From Tubulanus polymorphus (lineage: Eukaryota; Animalia; Nemertea), in assembly GCF_964204645.1 (NCBI RefSeq), contig NC_134026.1, positions 28,306,150 to 28,370,149 of the forward strand: 64,000 nt of DNA, given 5' to 3'. The position numbers and the translations under genes were made by a program. Shown here piece after piece: positions 61,353 to 64,000 of this stretch. Positions within the stretch are counted from its first letter, which is position 1; the number at the start of each line of letters is the position of its first letter. Under the pieces are notes generated by a model, which saw only the letters and a list, made by a program, of their open reading frames with translations, was not told the DNA's origin and did not search any database.

Positions 61353-64000
61353 ATGGCTTTTGTGAAGTCTTCTGATGAACTTTACGGTATAATTAATCTA
61401 AGAACAGGATTTCTGTCAATCAATTCAACAATCCCAATCAATACATTTTCGATCCAACATAGGCCTATATCTAGAGTTTGTTCGAGTAAAACAGCAATTT
61501 AATGCACAGGGGTCGTATCAGAGTAGTAAGTAATGTAAAAACGATAATCTGTTAATCCAATCGTATATATGAAATAACTTTTATACTGTAGACATTGAAT
61601 TAACAGATTATCGTTTTTACATTACCTACAGTACAACTCTGATACGAGCCCCTGTGGTTTTATGGCCATCTCTCAGTGAATTTAACATTAACATTAGAAA
61701 TGATCCATTTTAAAACTATTTTTTCATTCACAACAACAGATCGGATTATGGAAGGATGGGAAAGACAAGACAGTCCGAAAGGAATTCCATATTACATGAA
61801 GTATGTACAAAAAGTAGTATATCCCATCGACAATTTTCTTAATTGCCTTCGACCGATATGTAGCACTTGTAATTCAAACCATCATTATCGTGTACTTTCA
61901 GCCATCAGTATGAAAGGACTCAATGGGATCATCCGATCTATGAAAAGATATTTGAAGATCTCGGTAAGTGTGCATTAGTCGTGGGATGAATTATAGATTA
62001 CAATCAGAGCTTGATTCATTAAGTACCTACTTTTTTCTAGGTGATTTCGATCGAATAAAATATGCTGCTTACAGAACTTCTTTGAAGCTTATATATTTGC
62101 AGAAAAAACTTCAACGTAAGTAGTTTTAATAAAACAGATGAAATTGGGAAAGTTCATGGTTACTTGTTTGTAAAATATTCGCCTACAGCAAAACAGTAAA
62201 TACTTTACCCTACGTAGATAACAGCTTCACCGCTGTCACTTCACCATTAGCATACAGTACCAAGTATTTGACATTGCTTAGGCGAAAAATCTAGAAAACA
62301 AATCAGGGAATTTGACAAATTTTGTAAAAATCCTGGAAAACTCTGGGAATTTGGATATGTTATTGACCATGTGTTTCTTTATCAATATGTGAATCAATGA
62401 ATGAATTCTCTATCAGGGATTTTTGTGTAATCACATGGAAATTCAGGGGATTTGTAAATGGACAGAAAGAGGCCCCCCCCTGATTATAGTATGATTTATT
62501 GTGTTTTTTTTTTTTCAGTTGATTTGTTTGATTTGCATACGATCACGGTAGTATTTGATAAACACAGATACACCGCGAGATCGATCGATGAAGCTCCGAT
62601 GACGTGCGGTGAACTGGAGAATTTGTTGATCGATTTGTGTCGAAAGATTAAGAAAGATCGTTTATTACAGTTTGACGTTTCGTTGAACGCTGAATTGATT
62701 TTGAACTGGATTCTGAATTTATACGACGTGTAAGTGGATCAATCGCATTTACCAGTCCATCTACTTGACTGGTAGATTGACATTAATCTCAGTGTTTCAG
62801 AGTTAGTGAGCAAAACCCATAGATTGTATGATATTATATTTCAGGCATCGTACTGGAGCTATTCGGTCTCTATCGGTAATGATCGCTCTAGCCACACTAT
62901 CAGCTGGACGATTAATCGAAAAATACAAGTGTGAGTAGGGTATATTTCAAACATTCGAGGGCAGGGCCCGGTTTTACGAAAACGTTCATGATGTGCTCAT
63001 TGAAAACATGAACTAACCAAAAGCAACTTAACTCGAAAATTTTAGCTTAATTTTCTCATAAAACTGCTCCGTGTTCATTTCATATTGTAAAATCCTTCCC
63101 CTTATATTGGGCAATTTTAAGCATTAAGTGTATAATTAGAAGTATCCAATTTTTTGCCCTCTTCCAGAATTCTCTTGATGCATATACATACTTATTGGAT
63201 GATCCCTTAATGAAAATGTATCAGTAAATCATTATTTGTGAAAGGGTTACCCTAATCTAGGATTTATAGATTTAATGTTATGTTCTGTTGATAATCCGAC
63301 AGTCGTTTATACGTAGCATTTTGCGGTATTTTCATTGTAGATTTTTTTCGACAAGCGAGTAGCAATGGAAACGTGATTGATAGGAAACGGTTCGGTATAT
63401 TTCTAAGAGATCTGATGCAGGTAAGAGGTGTATAGAGGTTTTGTACCACCCTCTGTTGCTGCCTGAGTTCATCATGATTTATTTATACTTGTATTTTTTT
63501 CAGCTTGTTGATCTGTTAAATGAATCTAGTCCATTTGGAGGTATGAGTGTAGGTGCAGCCGTTGATAACTGCTTTCAGAGGGTGAGATTTATTTCTGCGG
63601 TGACTTAAGATAAAACTCTAGATGAATTATGGTTCTTGCAGATTAGGGAATTCTAGTTATTTTTCCCATTAGGGAAATTCAAGGAATTGTGACTTCTTGA
63701 AGATCTGCAAATTTGAATTTTTGGTGATGAGTGGCACAAAGAATCTCTTGATTAGAAGCGGCCTCCACTGAGGAATTTTTGTCAAGGGTCAAGGAAAATC
63801 AGGAAATTTTGTATTCACTAATATGTATAAACCCTGACGTACCTGATAAATATTTTTAAGGTGGCGAATGGAATTGGTATCCATGAAGAAGCATTTCTCG
63901 ATTGGATGTTTGAGGAACCACAGACAATTGTATGGCTTCCAACGTTGCATAGAATAACCTCAGCTGAAACTGTCAAACACGATGTGAAATGTAAACTATG
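61353..64000 (+). CDS. Short dystrophin-family protein (WW, EF-hand region, start of ZZ), truncated by window end
   Basis: Exons 61353-61386, 61740-61800, 61902-61963, 62041-62115, 62519-62729, 62845-62930, 63341-63420, 63504-63581 and 63861+. They encode EGWERQDSPKGIPYYMNHQYERTQWDHP, RIKYAAYRTSLKL, LNWILNLYD, EPQTIVWLPTLHRITSAETVKHDVKC. Confidence 0.88.
61510..61651. mobile_element. ~140-bp palindromic Harbinger-like MITE in first intron
   Basis: ggg(c)tcgtatcagagt...gtaatgtaaaaacgataatctgttaat pairs with attaacagattatcgtttttacattac...actctgatacgagccc. Flanks are CAG and CTG. Confidence 0.8.
62964..63070. mobile_element. Harbinger-like MITE
   Basis: gggcccggttttacgaaaa...ttttctcataaaactgctcc. 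Homologous to 55621-55750. Confidence 0.6.
63645..63836. repeat. Degenerate (CAGGGAATTT)-subrepeat element; a second copy lies at ~62300-62455
   Basis: Repeated aaatcagggaattt-like units ending in aaccctg. Confidence 0.5.

Overview
AT-rich animal genomic DNA with short GT-AG introns, most likely a lophotrochozoan-type invertebrate (inferred, not proven). There are seven protein-coding genes. (1) The 5' half of axonemal dynein heavy chain DNAH10 (-, runs off the window start), head-to-head with (2) PIGL (+). (3) A three-exon Not homeobox gene (+). (4) An unusual Munc13/BAIAP3-type MUN-domain gene (-) with no C2 domains and a split DEP domain where the last C2 domain normally sits. It is head-to-head with (5) a ~2275-aa nuclear protein gene (+) carrying a divergent Ski/Sno/Dach homology domain, a distant SKOR-like SAND domain, two HCF-1-binding-type motifs and an AT-hook. 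(6) Condensin subunit NCAPG (-). (7) A rod-less dystrophin-like WW-EF-ZZ gene (+, runs off the window end). Non-coding DNA holds several Harbinger-like MITEs, a 72-bp element with a 9-bp TSD, Penelope-type hammerhead-ribozyme palindromes (one interrupted in its core by a MITE dimer), tandem repeats and microsatellites. Genes 4 and 5 are the best candidates for undescribed biology. All domain calls come from motif recognition by eye and need HMM or structure confirmation.
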